Shown: positions 49,309-61,133 of the stretch, in pieces | Layout of the letters: each line of letters begins with the position of its first letter | Numbering within the stretch: position 1 is the first letter of the stretch | Source: Asterionella formosa | Taxonomy: Eukaryota | Direction: 5' to 3' | Assembly: GCA_002256025.1 (NCBI GenBank) | Contig: NKIB01013264.1 | Coordinates: forward strand, 1 to 61,133 | Length of the DNA stretch: 61,133 nucleotides | Position numbers and translations under genes: made by a program | Notes under the pieces: generated by a model | The model's database searches: none | Told to the model about the DNA's origin: nothing | Seen by the model: only the letters and a program-made list of their open reading frames with translations

Positions 49309-51297
49309 CCTGTCTTTTTCATGTAGTTCCTAGGGTTCCGGGGGGTGCCACTGATGGCAAGATACATTCCGTTATAGACAGACAAATAAAACCGGTACTA
49401 ATTGTGTCCATTAATTTTGAGTCCGAGTGAAATTATTGGATAGCTTTAATGTACTATAAAATTTAATTGACATTTTACCCTTTATTACATAGTGTAAGTT
49501 ACGTCCGTGACAAGGCTTAATTATATTATTAACTATTACTATGTACTGAAATATATACAACCTAAATTTAAACACTATATCAGGTTTTGGTAAATAATGA
49601 ACTCATACAGCATTGAATAAATTCAAATTAGCTAGGTACGGATATTGGTGATATCACGTACTGGAATTCATACAACCTAAATTCAAACAATAAACAAGTT
49701 TATCTATATGTATCTCATGTGAAATAATGAACTCATACAACATTGTATAAAATCGAATTGAATATGGGAAATATAGCTGATATTGTAATGTACATGTAAG
49801 ATATTACGAGTGTGTTTGAAATATTCAAAGATTTAATTATACATAGTACATATATACATGGCTAAATTTTATTGGGACTCCTGAGTACATCTTCATTCTC
49901 ATGCACGCTACCTGAGATGAAGGAACAACACACAGATCAACAGTTCATTACCACTGCACCAATAAGCTTCCATGTGAATAATGACGGTCGGTGCTCGAAT
50001 GTTATAATTTTATAAAAAGGCGGGTCGGTCCCCCTATTACCGGTACCCCGGTAGTTTATTTATGAGGAAATGAAAGGACGAGTCAATGTAATACATATTT
50101 TATAGAAATTAATGTATTGTGGAAAATCCCATTTCTCTGTTCGACCGATATTATAGTACCGGTAAGTAATGTTTTTGGGTCAATTCACACAATAAATGCC
50201 TGTTAGAACATAAGTAACACATTCTTTTTAAGCTATCAGGAAATTTGTATATAAAGAGTATATGTAAGTTCTAAACAACAGCATGTGCACGATTTATTGA
50301 TAAATATTTTCTACGAAATTTGACTCCTACATTACTTACAGGAATATGCAAACCGAACATGGATTTGTGGTGGTAAGTCACGATACAATGACTGGAACTG
50401 CATGTTGTAATCAAAGCAAAACAAGCCTAACAAGGAATTGCTTCCCATTTGTTAATACAGTGAACAAACAAAATGGATCGACTGATACATTGTTTTATGG
50501 AATCATGCGAAAAGAGTATATCGATTTGTGGTAAGTGAAGACAAAATGGAACTGCATGTTGTTGTATACGCAAAACATGACTAACAAGTTATTGCTTCGC
50601 ATTTTTTACAACATGAAATGAACAATAATAATGAAGGATGATTCAGAAACGGAGTACAAGGGAATGGGGGTAGAGGTAGCCCGCTATCAGTAAGAGTGTT
50701 AAATGTCAGAATCAGAGTACAGGGGCAGGGCAATAGACAATTTGCAGTAACAGTGTCAGAGTCGGCTTAGCAGGAAGAAGAAAATAAGAAAGCGAATAGT
50801 GAGGCGGTAGCTAGAAGTGGGAGAACATTGTGTAACAACTAGATGAATGGAAATCTTTTCTATATATAGAAGATAAATTTCAATCCATTTCAACATATTT
50901 TGGACAATTACTATCATTAGAAATACGACGGTATTAATGTAGGTATAAGATGAACGAATACACATTATAGGATGTCATTAAACTAATTCGATGATGGTGT
51001 TGTAAATACAATTAGTAGTTCATGATCATGAGAAGAGCGATTGAAATTCAAAGAGGAATGACGATTTCGACGTGAATTGTTGTTATGCAATCATTGTATG
51101 AATGACATGTACCTATCATACATAGATGGATGTGATCATCATGCGGCAAAAAATTCTGTGGCAGTTATTGTATGATACCCCTGATCTTATAAATACTATT
51201 CTTTATTTCCAGACAAGAAGGTGTAAAACACAGAGTGTATGTATATGTCGACCCTAAGTGAAATGCAGGTACTCAGTCGTCTTACTCCTTCTCCGTA

Positions 51298-52768
51298 CCA
51301 GTTAAAAACTGCATTGACCCACTGTTTTATCCCATTCATTTGATTAATTCGACTAACAATTAGCTCGCCTTTCTCTGAAATTTGTTCGGAAGTATTGATG
51401 TCATAAGGTGTCGGTACATTAGCATCCGGTTCCTAGTTAAATTGATCATCTGGTTCAGAAGATATTTATATTCATCTAGACGTAAAATTCAGTCTCAGTG
51501 GGTCAATGCAGTATATGAAAATTTTAACATACCTGAAAGTAATTTAATATTCGTTGGTGAACACGGATTATCCTGTTTGGTTCAAAGCGAAAAGACATAA
51601 AATGCATGATGCTCAATACATACCGGTACATTAAACCGTTACCAGTACCATTCCTGGCCCTATAGATGTACCAGTTTTGTGCGCAGAGGTACCACCTAAA
51701 AACTGCCTTGAACCTCTATTTCACTACGTTCGATCGATTAGTACGACTAAACGCTGATATATTCATTTCAATCATCTTTTAGATGCTCCAGATATTCACG
51801 AGAGGTGGAGGATTATGATTGGACAAACGAATCAACCAGGTTCCATCGACAACGGAAGATATGATTGTTTGTAATGATGCGTTTATCCATTATAGAGGTT
51901 CAAAGCGGTATATAAAAAGGTCTTAATACCGTAGAATTAATTTATGTTCTACAGGGAAGACGGATTACAACGTTTCATAATGCATGTTCGGCATCAATTT
52001 CCGGTACTACATGCACTTGGTATGATTTCTACAATGGGGCTAAACAAATCTATGTGCGATCTCAATATACATATGATAATAAGGTTTACAAAATTCATGT
52101 ATGTGTACAAATGCCTGTATACTCCGAGGTCGTGGTAAATCGCTAATTTGTCCAAAAAAGGTCCATCGACACTTTCACGTATAAATATTGATTATACAAA
52201 ATGAATGTTCAGTGTAACTCGTTCATACTTAGAGAAGCGCTACATACTCAGCTACAGATGGATCGTTTCAGATTTGTAAACTATCAGAAATTCGTGACAA
52301 AACGTGTTATTATACGTATAGTGGTTCAAAGCGGTAAAATAATTACCGATAAAGGTTCAAAGCAGTTTTTAAGTGGTACCTGGTACCAGGTACTGATAAT
52401 GGTCTGCCTACATAGATACCGGTATTACACAGCCGAGCCGGGTTTCATCAATTTTATTTACAGAATTATTATTGACAAGGTTATGGATGAGACATAAAAT
52501 GCGAAAAATCTATATTTATCGTTGTACACAATATAAGATGAGAACTCCAAACTTGGGATAACCCGTGCTTTTTACTTTTTTTTTCTATCACCACTTTTGA
52601 CCTAAATTAACGAAAGATCGACATCCAATCGGTAGAGAACTAACAGTATGACCCCATCCGGTATATGCTCAAAATACATTCTGGAGCTTAAGAAATAGAA
52701 AATGAACGACTTTTTATAACAAAACGTGTTTTTAATACCATCAGCGGGTCAATGCAGTTTTTTACTGG
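51298..52768. mobile_element. Non-autonomous TIR element (Tc1/mariner/pogo-like, TA TSD), ~1.47 kb
   Basis: TA|CCAGTTAAAAACTGCATTGACCCACTG ... CAGCGGGTCAATGCAGTTTTTTACTGG|TA: 27-bp TIRs with 2 mismatches. Internal partial TIR at ~51496. Confidence 0.85.
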
Positions 52769-53549
52769 TACTAGGTACCAGGTACTGGATATATGGGTAG
52801 CATCGGCCAAAACCCAAGAAAATATTGAATGTCAGAAGTTAACTTTCGGCGAGAAACTGAAGAAAGGATCTTTCGGTTTTCACTATGCCAAATAAACGAG
52901 CTGGCCTGGTAAAATCCACTATTTTCGTGGTCATAGTTTAAAAAAAAGTTCTGTTCGCCAGATCCCATATCCTGACGTTATATAGAGTTGACTTATACCC
53001 ACCCCTACTTTGACCAAAGACTGCATCTAAGCATATGGAAAGGGTGTCCAATGGTGAAAGCTCAGAGTAGCGATATACTTAGCTATTTATTTTAGACTTG
53101 AAAGTACTACGTGTTTGATTAGTCTGAATCTATGTTTTTTAAAACCCTACCTCGAGCTAGGGGTTCAAATACAGGAAGCTTAAAATATGTATGTAGCCGA
53201 ATTCATAATATTCGGCCACCCAAATAATTAAGTTGAGTGATCATATTTGACTATGTTAGCGTTTTTTCTGGTGGCTGTACCAATAATAGGCGTTGTAGAT
53301 GTTGTTGTTGTGTAATTTTTTTAAATAGTGCATTAAAACTTAGCTAATAGTCACACTTGTGTCATTGCTGACATGAGGGGGAAACGGATAATCAAGTGGA
53401 TCAATATCGAACTCGTGGATGACGCCCCTCGATGAGCTCCCATCGTTGGGCAAGGGAAGGCCAAGCTCCATCTTTTGGCAAGAAGGTACTATAATGGTGC
53501 GGATCCCATGCACATATGGACGTATTGACAGTTTATATTCATAATAGTT

Positions 53550-54110
53550 TTTGAGCAAGAGTGTGTCAATGTATGCGGATGTGGCATGGTAGTAAAATAA
53601 ATAAGGATCAATCTGTGGGAGAGATGCGCTCTGGAGAACTTTACAAGTCCATAATGGCCGAATCTACCCCCAATATTTCCTTTTTTCTGTTCTACGAAGT
53701 CTCCGTAAAAAAATTTATTCCTTGAATGCCACCGGCCTAGACTCGAAAGTTCAAAGACTAACTTAGTCGTCCATTATTGATCTAAAGATCTGTCAGAGTG
53801 AATGTGCCTGAAGCGACAGTAAGTTGCATTTGCCCTGACCCAGTACCGACTAATCCTGCCTCAGGGAACTTGGTCCCAACCGATATCCTGCTGATTGAGA
53901 AAGGCCTCAAATTTATGTTGTTCGACAATGTCTTCTGCTGCTGGGAGGGAGATATCCCATTTGGGAATGGATCCCCAAACCACTGTTCCATGCCTTTACA
54001 AAACTTGTTGAGAATATATGGGCAGGTGTTCTTTCCACATATGGCTCCTTGAATGCCTCTCATGCTGTCTGTCGCTCCTGGAAGGTCTTTTTTTTCTTAA
54101 TCAGCGAATT
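53550..54110 (-). mobile_element. Possible 3' coding relic of a non-LTR retrotransposon
   Basis: Minus-strand QQDIGWDQVP*GRISRYW (~53840-53895) resembles the QxxIGWxxxxxGRxSxxW motif I recall from the C-terminus of diatom non-LTR ORFs. Heavily degraded. Confidence 0.4.
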
Positions 54111-54309
54111 GCTCGTACAAGTACTTTAAAAAAAAATTCCACATAGCGGTTTCAACATACTTCATTGGTAGCTAGTCTGACCGGCTCACAAATTCAAAAA
54201 TGATGAAATATTTCAAATTATTTCCATATATTTCTATTACCTGTAACCGTTACAAATTTTCAATCGGAAAAGCACTGCCATCTTTCACAGCAGAATCGCT
54301 TTCAACCAA

Positions 54310-55045
54310 CTTCGACTTGCTGAATGCTGACTTGATTTACTGAAATTTTGAAATTTTCGATGACTGCTGACTTCATTTGCTGACTACTGAGAAATCGCTG
54401 ACTGCTAACTTCAACTTGCTGACTTCAAGCAACCTCCGTCTGTACTGGGTAGGAAGAAACCAACTACCGGTATATGAATCATGTTTACTTTTCATATTTG
54501 AATAACGATGGGAAATCATCTTTCTTTGTGGGAAACTGAAGCGATGCCTACTACATACATATTATTGGGAGTAACACAGTGGTACAAATTTAAAAACTGT
54601 TAAATAGTCATCGATGACTGAAAATAGTAGTCATTGCTATCAACTTACTTATTTTGCTACTGGTATTTACTATTTTAAAAATGCTGTCTTCAACTTGCTA
54701 ACTACTGACTGCGGACTTCCATTTCACTGACTTTTGACTTGATTTGCTATAGACCGTCTTTTCATTCCAGTCTCTCTTCAGTTACTTTCTTCAATCTTCA
54801 AATATTATTCATTAAGTCGTGTTCTGATCATCGAAATCGTGTTCACCTAATACTACTGGTAATGTTATTCCGCAACAACTGGATGACGGTTTGCCACCAA
54901 TCAGTAACTTCTAGTCGTAGTCAGTGATTTAAAGTCATAGTCAGCAGATTCTAGTCATAGTCAGCAAATTCTTGTCGCTGTCAGCGAATTCTAATAATCA
55001 TTATTAACAAGTTCTAGTCGTTGTCGGCAGATTTTTAGTCGTATA
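54310..55045. repeat. Arrays of short GCTGACT / AGTCAGC-containing ~20-bp units in opposite orientations
   Basis: GCTGACT-type units at 54310-54430 and 54690-54750; GTCAGCAAATTCTAGTC-type 20-21-mers at 54900-55045 and again at 56605-56730. Confidence 0.75.
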
Positions 55046-55181
55046 AGCAATCATAAACAAAAGTCTTTTTGAAAATGTCAATGGACTATTAATCGACATG
55101 ACTTAAATAGAGAATCAAGCAAAATTTCGTTCGTCCTACAGATTACTGGAGTGTAGCATGCTGCGTACTGTAGTTCCAATA

Positions 55182-55949
55182 CACTTTTTGCATAAAAGTG
55201 TCCGAAAATGCATATTGAGTTAGTGGGGGAACTCGGGATTACTTTTTTGACTAAATTTGTAGCAAATCAATATAAATTTCTATCAATCATAGAAACTTTT
55301 CCTAACTAAATTTTCAATGACTCTTTTTACTTAGTAATACCAGTAATTGCATGTTTGTTTGTACAGCTGCCTGTGGTAAGTCCATCTTGACCATGACGAA
55401 ATTATTGGTCTGAATGTCTTCACTAATATTGACAATGAGCAATTCCTATTTCGCACGTGTATGTAGACTAACATAGACGAGATTATCGTTCAATAATACA
55501 ATTTTTTGCAATTGTTTTGACAACAAAAAGTTGAAATCGCCGCTGGAAGTTTTTTTTGGTCGTCATTTGCTACGAAAAAAAACGAGACATCGTTGAGTCC
55601 GCGGTGATTAGCTTGATAACTTCTATTAGATAATTATTTCTATCTATAGTAGTACAAATGGATGAGAAAACTTGAGCAATAGAAATCTCGGAGAGAGCAC
55701 AACATCTCAAAATGCAAGAAATACCTCTACCCAATTTTGTAGTGAGTTTCATGTCCACACTAATTGTCGTGGTCCATATTTCTATGGAATATTGATAAGG
55801 TCATTTTACAGTTTACTATAGACATACTTGCAGACATTCAACAATACACTGCGTGTTCTTTACGCGAAAAAAAAACCGGATCGCAGAAATAATCACGAAC
55901 TCCCTGACTGACGGTTAATGCATTTTCGGACACATTTATACAAAAATTG
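55182..55949. mobile_element. MITE with ~32-bp TIRs and TA TSD
   Basis: TA|CACTTTTTGCATAAAAGTGTCCGAAAATGCAT ... ATGCATTTTCGGACACATTTATACAAAAATTG|TA. Confidence 0.8.
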
Positions 55950-57019
55950 TATTCTTTCGCGTACTTTATAAGTGTCAAATCTGTTTGAAGACTTCGTCGT
56001 TTTGAATTGTGCATCTCATCTGAACTACATGAAGCAATACTCCATCGGCGACTTTAATTTCCTTTGTCAATATTAGTGTTATGACCATTTTTTACGATTG
56101 TAGCTATTTACGATTGTATTATCAATGTTGTGTCAGATATTTTTACCAAATAGCATAGTGTTGTTTTTATTTTCCATGGAGAAATTCGTTATTTTCTACA
56201 CGGTCAAGGCGGAGACGGCATGATGCAGGATTCTCCAGTCGCGCACAAGAACTACACTGTAGCGTTATATATACAGAAAGAAATCACAAAATCTAAGCTA
56301 AATACTTACATACTAGCTTGTACAAGGGCTACCTCCTCGGGTACCCTGAAAATATATACAGTATCCTATGTAGCCGTAGTATATATGTGATAAATGATGT
56401 GCATGATATTGCAAATAGGGGCAGTATAGCGGTACCCCGGTAGGCTGTTGCATCTGGCGTGATAGTGACTGTGACCATGTATATAGATATGACATTATAT
56501 ATGCTTATATGTAGTATTGGCAAGGCAATCAGGGGGTAGTGGTTGCGTTCGTTTATGTTTTTACTTTATATGCATAAGGGTTATTCAGAAAATCTATTCT
56601 TATTGGCAAGTTCTAGTCGTTGTCAGCAAATTTTTGTAATTGTCAGCAAATTCTAGTCATTGTCAGCAAGTTCTAGTAAATGTAGAATACGGTTTGCTGA
56701 ACCCGTTCAGCAGTCAGCAAATCCGAGTCGTGTTCAGAGACTTACTCTGCAAATCTTCATCAGTCAAGTAATGAGAGTAACATTTTAATAAATTACTTCA
56801 GGAATAATACTTTCATCGAAAGCTGGCCTATCTTGTCCTGCTGCAGGCATGAGATGATCCATTGGGAGTGCGTCAAAACTGAGAAGGTGAGCATAAAACG
56901 TGTGCTACCGGACCTTCCTGGGCGGGGAGAAAAGTCTCCCCAAAAAGCCGCTGCTGACAGGGCTGCAGAAAATATATGTGTTACAAGCTAGAGGGGAATA
57001 AATGTCAGCGTGGAAAAAA

Positions 57020-58680
57020 TGTATCGATATCATCGTTCGTCCGACGAAATATGGACGATGCGACTACATGAATCCCTCGAGAAGACAAGCAATACAACAA
57101 CCAACCGCACCCGTCAGACCACGAATCGCTACTGCCATCATCACTGAACTGATTTCACTTCAAACCGGTCATAATGGACGACGATTGGCATGGTGAAAGG
57201 TGAATTGCCGGAGTCCACTTTTCAGGAGAAGAACAAAAACGATATGCAATGGTTTCCTTAAGTAGACCCTTGCCGCTTTCGGCAATCCCAGGGCTGGAAA
57301 ACCAAGGGGCAAATGGCGTATGTTGTCTTGCTGAATGCAATACACACCCAAGGTGGTCTCTTGCCTGCGAGTATACATGTGTTCGAGGCTGGGTGGCGCA
57401 AGTAGGTTGACCGTACAAGTGGCGCCCCCGGTGCTGCGAGAAGGTCACCCTACAAGTGCCATCTCAGCCAAGTACACATGTATACGAGAAGGTAAGTAGC
57501 CGCCGAGAAGGGTATTGTTGAGGCAATTCCCGCTCTAGCTATCATCGCATCATTCGCTTACCTACTGCCCACAAATAAAGCATTAATGTCAATTTTAGCC
57601 TACTATTGCCCATCATGCAAAGTATATTTCGTATATTTCCTATCTTCACCTCGAAAATTGCCGAAGGTCCGACATTGCCCATCATCAAAAATTTATTTTG
57701 TATATTTCATACGCTTGTTAGAGCGGATCGGTGAGTACAATAGTCAAACACTGAATGTGCTGATCGTAGATACGATTGTCGAATTTCCGATTTGATTGCT
57801 TCCATGGTCCGTTTTGATCGCTTCCATTGTTGTTTGTTGTTCCGCACTGTCGTTTTGATTCGATTGTAACTATCTACACAAGGGCATATGTATGTAGCAA
57901 TTCCTACTCTTTGAAGATGTATTGTTGTGCCATTGTTGATCTTTTTTGTTGATCTGTATAGTCGTTGACCATGATGTCAATATTCCCGCCAAGCAATGCA
58001 TGCTTTTCTTGTACTAACGCGCTTTGCTATCGTTATACTAAGAGTTCGTATCACAAGCTACGTAACAATACTCAGCTAGAGAGAGTCAATAGTGCTGGAG
58101 CAGCCTGGCGATCATGCTTGTTCAGAATGGAATGATCAGGGTTGCTTGTTTGGTGGGAGGAATGACTGTGGCGGAAATACTGCTACTGGTGTCAGGCTAC
58201 TACAGCGATGTTCATGGTTGCAGCAACCAGATCATCTACGCTACATAACGTTGCAGGTATAAATGGGGGTCAGCTTTTTTCTTCTTCTTTCGGTCTTTGA
58301 TTGTGTGGTGATGGAAAGTCAATGTTGCCTGTGTAAGTACTACAATGTCACAACGCATACCACATTTCCATTGAAACTCCTATTTTTTACTTCATTTCTA
58401 AGTCAAAACAATTTTTTCTATTTCTCATTGGACACTACTTTTTACATCACATTTCATACTTTGGCTGCTCCAAACATCATGTTCAATTTTCATTAATGTT
58501 GCATGTTACAATCATTCTCATATGTTTGACGCTTGTTGTACCATCTCTATGTATATTACTGTTATTCTGGCTGTCTTGCTAAAATCGGCAATTTTAATGC
58601 CGAATAATTCGATGTGCCCCATATTGCCCCTAAATAGGAAACAAATTACTTAGAGCCTAAAAATTACTTAGAAGCTAGGA
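57020..58680. repeat. Composite dispersed repeat (modules shared with 43840-45880)
   Basis: Same modules as 43840-44820 and 45240-45880, in a different order and orientation. Confidence 0.85.
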
Positions 58681-59098
58681 ATTGGGCTGATAAGATTAGT
58701 GCGCGGCTAATACATACCGGTAATCGGTTCATTCACGATGCATTCCCACGCACGACTTCGTCAGTCATCATGATTGATACGTACCAGGTACCAGGTAACT
58801 GGATCACAGAGGGGTCACAGGTTTTGCTTGCATATTCATTCACATTTAGCATTGACCACACCGGCAGCCCTACTGTTGCTTTGCTTGGTGTAAATCTACT
58901 ACCGGTATATGGTTTGTTGACTCATCTGCACCTAAAGGCATCTTCAACAGCTTCACCATTCAACTTCACTTTTCTCTAGTGCAGTTGTTATTTCAGAGTG
59001 GTTCCGCTGTCTCGCCTAGACCTTGTCACTGCTGTGTGTTAGGCGTGCTTTCGGTAATTCATTGCTTGAGTTTACCTGAAACGCTGAAAGCGAGCCCG

Positions 59099-59890
59099 AT
59101 GAATTTATTTCTTGCCTTTTTGGTCGTCGTCTCCATTGCTGACGGCGCTGCATTTGAGTTTCCGAAGTTGAGTTCCATTTTCAAACCCCCTCCTGTTGCT
59201 GCACGCCCGCGAGACTCGGAACTTAGTCGAGAAAAGGCTGAGCTCCTACGTGCAATCTCGTTTACAAACAATGGAAAGACTGCCACCCCATCGCAGCAAG
59301 CGAATGTGCTGTCGATTGTAGACAGTATCGAGAGAAAATCTCCGAGCTTGTCCCTAAACGACACAAACACCCTGGAACGAATCGATGGTGTTTGGTATCT
59401 GCAATACACGTCGCCTAGCATCGTTGGCGACGACGATCAGTTCCCCAACGCATGGAAGCCAAAGTTTGCCAGAGAAGGCGACTCAAACATTGAAACCAAG
59501 AAATTCAATGCTAAAGGTTCAGTATCAGCGGCCGGAATTGTTGTGGACACTTCGAACCGAGTTGTTCAACAAATTTTCAATGTCGAAAAGAGTTCAGTTT
59601 CCAACAACATTGAGCTAGACTTTGGGACGGCAAGAGTGAGTGGCCCCTTTCGAAAATCCCCCAATATCCCGAATCGAGCCATTGTATCCTTTCAGGAAGC
59701 AGACATCGTATTCAAGAATGGATTCACTCTCAGTTTTGGATTCTTATTCACTCTGATTGCGCTGGCAAGAGGTTCCAAAGATAACGGCTGGTTGGAAACA
59801 ACTTTCCTCAGCGACGATATTCGCATCGGGCGAGGAAACAAAGGTACCATGTTTGTTCTCACAAGAGACCCAACAGCCGTGAAACCATGA
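59099..59890 (+). CDS. PAP/fibrillin-family plastid protein (263 aa)
   Basis: MNLFLAFLVVVSIADGAAF (signal peptide with ASAF-like motif); IDGVWYLQYTS; GWLETTFLSDDIRIGRGNKGTMFVL (fibrillin C-terminal signature). Confidence 0.9.
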   Translation: MNLFLAFLVVVSIADGAAFEFPKLSSIFKPPPVAARPRDSELSREKAELLRAISFTNNGKTATPSQQANVLSIVDSIERKSPSLSLNDTNTLERIDGVWYLQYTSPSIVGDDDQFPNAWKPKFAREGDSNIETKKFNAKGSVSAAGIVVDTSNRVVQQIFNVEKSSVSNNIELDFGTARVSGPFRKSPNIPNRAIVSFQEADIVFKNGFTLSFGFLFTLIALARGSKDNGWLETTFLSDDIRIGRGNKGTMFVLTRDPTAVKP

Positions 59891-60247
59891 GGGATTTGCA
59901 CTTCCACCCTCCCTCATAGTCACGGTTAGAAATACTAAATAGGAGGGGAACTGGAATCGAAAAGAAAAAACTGCTACTCTATTTAAATTCTGACATCTCA
60001 AGGCCCTCCTCGAGTTCTAACAAATCAGGCCCTATTCGTCTTGGACTAACTATCAACGATCACCTTCTGTAATAGTTGTCACCACCAAGTTCTTATTCAA
60101 AAAAATAAGTAAAAAACAAAAAATTTATGGATATACTATCGTCATCAATTCACGCCTTGTCCTCTCATTTCGTGCCCCATCAAAATGCACAAAATAAAAA
60201 CCAGCAGCTACCAGTACTTTTCATGTACCCGAAGTAGAACTCATTGC

Positions 60248-60523
60248 TTACACAACACCAGGCTCTAATTCCAGAGTCGTTGATTTCGCTGCCACAGTTA
60301 CCAACAACGGTTCCACCTTGGCAAAGGCATTTGCTGCAGCAGCGTCTGCTTGCTGTTCCCTTTTCAGTCGCTTCGACGTCTCGGCTTCATCAAGCGCCGC
60401 ATTCGCATCATGATTCTCTTGGGCGATCTGTAGCGCAAACGATCGGACGAGCTGCAAACCGCCATAAAAGGCCAGCAGGATAATGATTAACGTCACTGCG
60501 ATCGTCTTGGCATCAATGATCAT
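60248..60523 (-). CDS. Small single-pass membrane protein (91 aa), hypothetical
   Basis: MIIDAKTIAVTLIIILLAFYGGLQLVRSF followed by a charged/Ala helical segment. The stop overlaps GTAAG, so the 3' end may be spliced. Confidence 0.6.
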   Translation of the reverse strand: MIIDAKTIAVTLIIILLAFYGGLQLVRSFALQIAQENHDANAALDEAETSKRLKREQQADAAAANAFAKVEPLLVTVAAKSTTLELEPGVV

Positions 60524-61133
60524 TTTAAGGAAAGATGGAAGCAAAGCAATACTTACAAGGACGTCAACAACGGTGTTTTCAATTATCAAATGGCGGGCGG
60601 TAAGCAATGGCAACAATTATGGATGGTGCAACCAAAGGTGAGCTCTTATTTCAACATTCTCTCAACAATCCAACCAGTAGGTCCAAGTATATAGTTAGAC
60701 CCTACACTGTATAAAGATTAAATTGTTTTGAATACGTACATAAAGAACTCCTAGGGAACTTGCTTTACATACGTGCTCCGACCAGTCTGATATTTTCGCT
60801 CCTGTGTATTTTCTGCCAGCAGCCCTGTCAAGAATATTAGCCCGAGTCACAAGGATTGTGGACTCGATTGTAATCGAACGAGTCGAATATTGCATTGCCA
60901 CGTCAATCAGCTGTCTAACGAGATCAGAGATTGAAGATTTCTATGGAAATGTTAAGTGGAAACTCGAAGAGAGTCTTAGAATGACTTTGCAGGAAGCAAA
61001 GATGCATGGAAAGGAAACATTTAGTTTAGCTTATAATTTAATTTGAGATTTAGATTATCAACCGAGGAAACAGTGTGTTAATTGACAGGAAGGTCAATTA
61101 GTCTATCTAGCAGGAAGGCTAGAAGCAGAGACA

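Noticed and set aside
54900..55045. 20-bp repeats as CRISPR repeats or plasmid iterons
   Set aside because: Degenerate contiguous minisatellite with no unique spacers and no rep gene.
58979..59098. N-terminal extension of the fibrillin ORF
   Set aside because: GTG start; the signal peptide begins at ATG 59099.

Overview
Eukaryotic, AT-rich, repeat-dominated genomic DNA, most likely from a diatom. Evidence: CoDi-like Ty1/copia elements, two PAP-fibrillin genes with bipartite plastid-targeting-like N-termini, and a short GT-AG intron with a CTAAC branch point. Only about six intact host genes are visible: two hypothetical proteins (18.8 kb and 20-24.7 kb), two PAP-fibrillin-like genes, SNF8/VPS22 and a small membrane protein. 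The rest is decayed transposable elements (copia, gypsy, DIRS-like, pogo, other DDE and non-LTR relics), MITEs, SINE-like elements and tandem repeats. Highlights: (1) two unrelated copia families both have, instead of a tRNA primer-binding site, a perfect 15-nt complement of a sequence about 140 nt upstream inside their own 5' LTR, suggesting Tf1-like self-primed reverse transcription; (2) one copia element (TSD GTCAT) is split by a 4.05-kb inversion with 3-bp microhomology junctions that can be reconstructed to the base; (3) a three-copy tRNA-headed SINE family with an empty-site paralog, plus a second compact tRNA-like element; (4) strong enrichment of TACCGGTA and (TACCWGG)n words that may be DNA-transposon excision footprints. 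All homology calls come from recognising motifs by eye; no database search was run.
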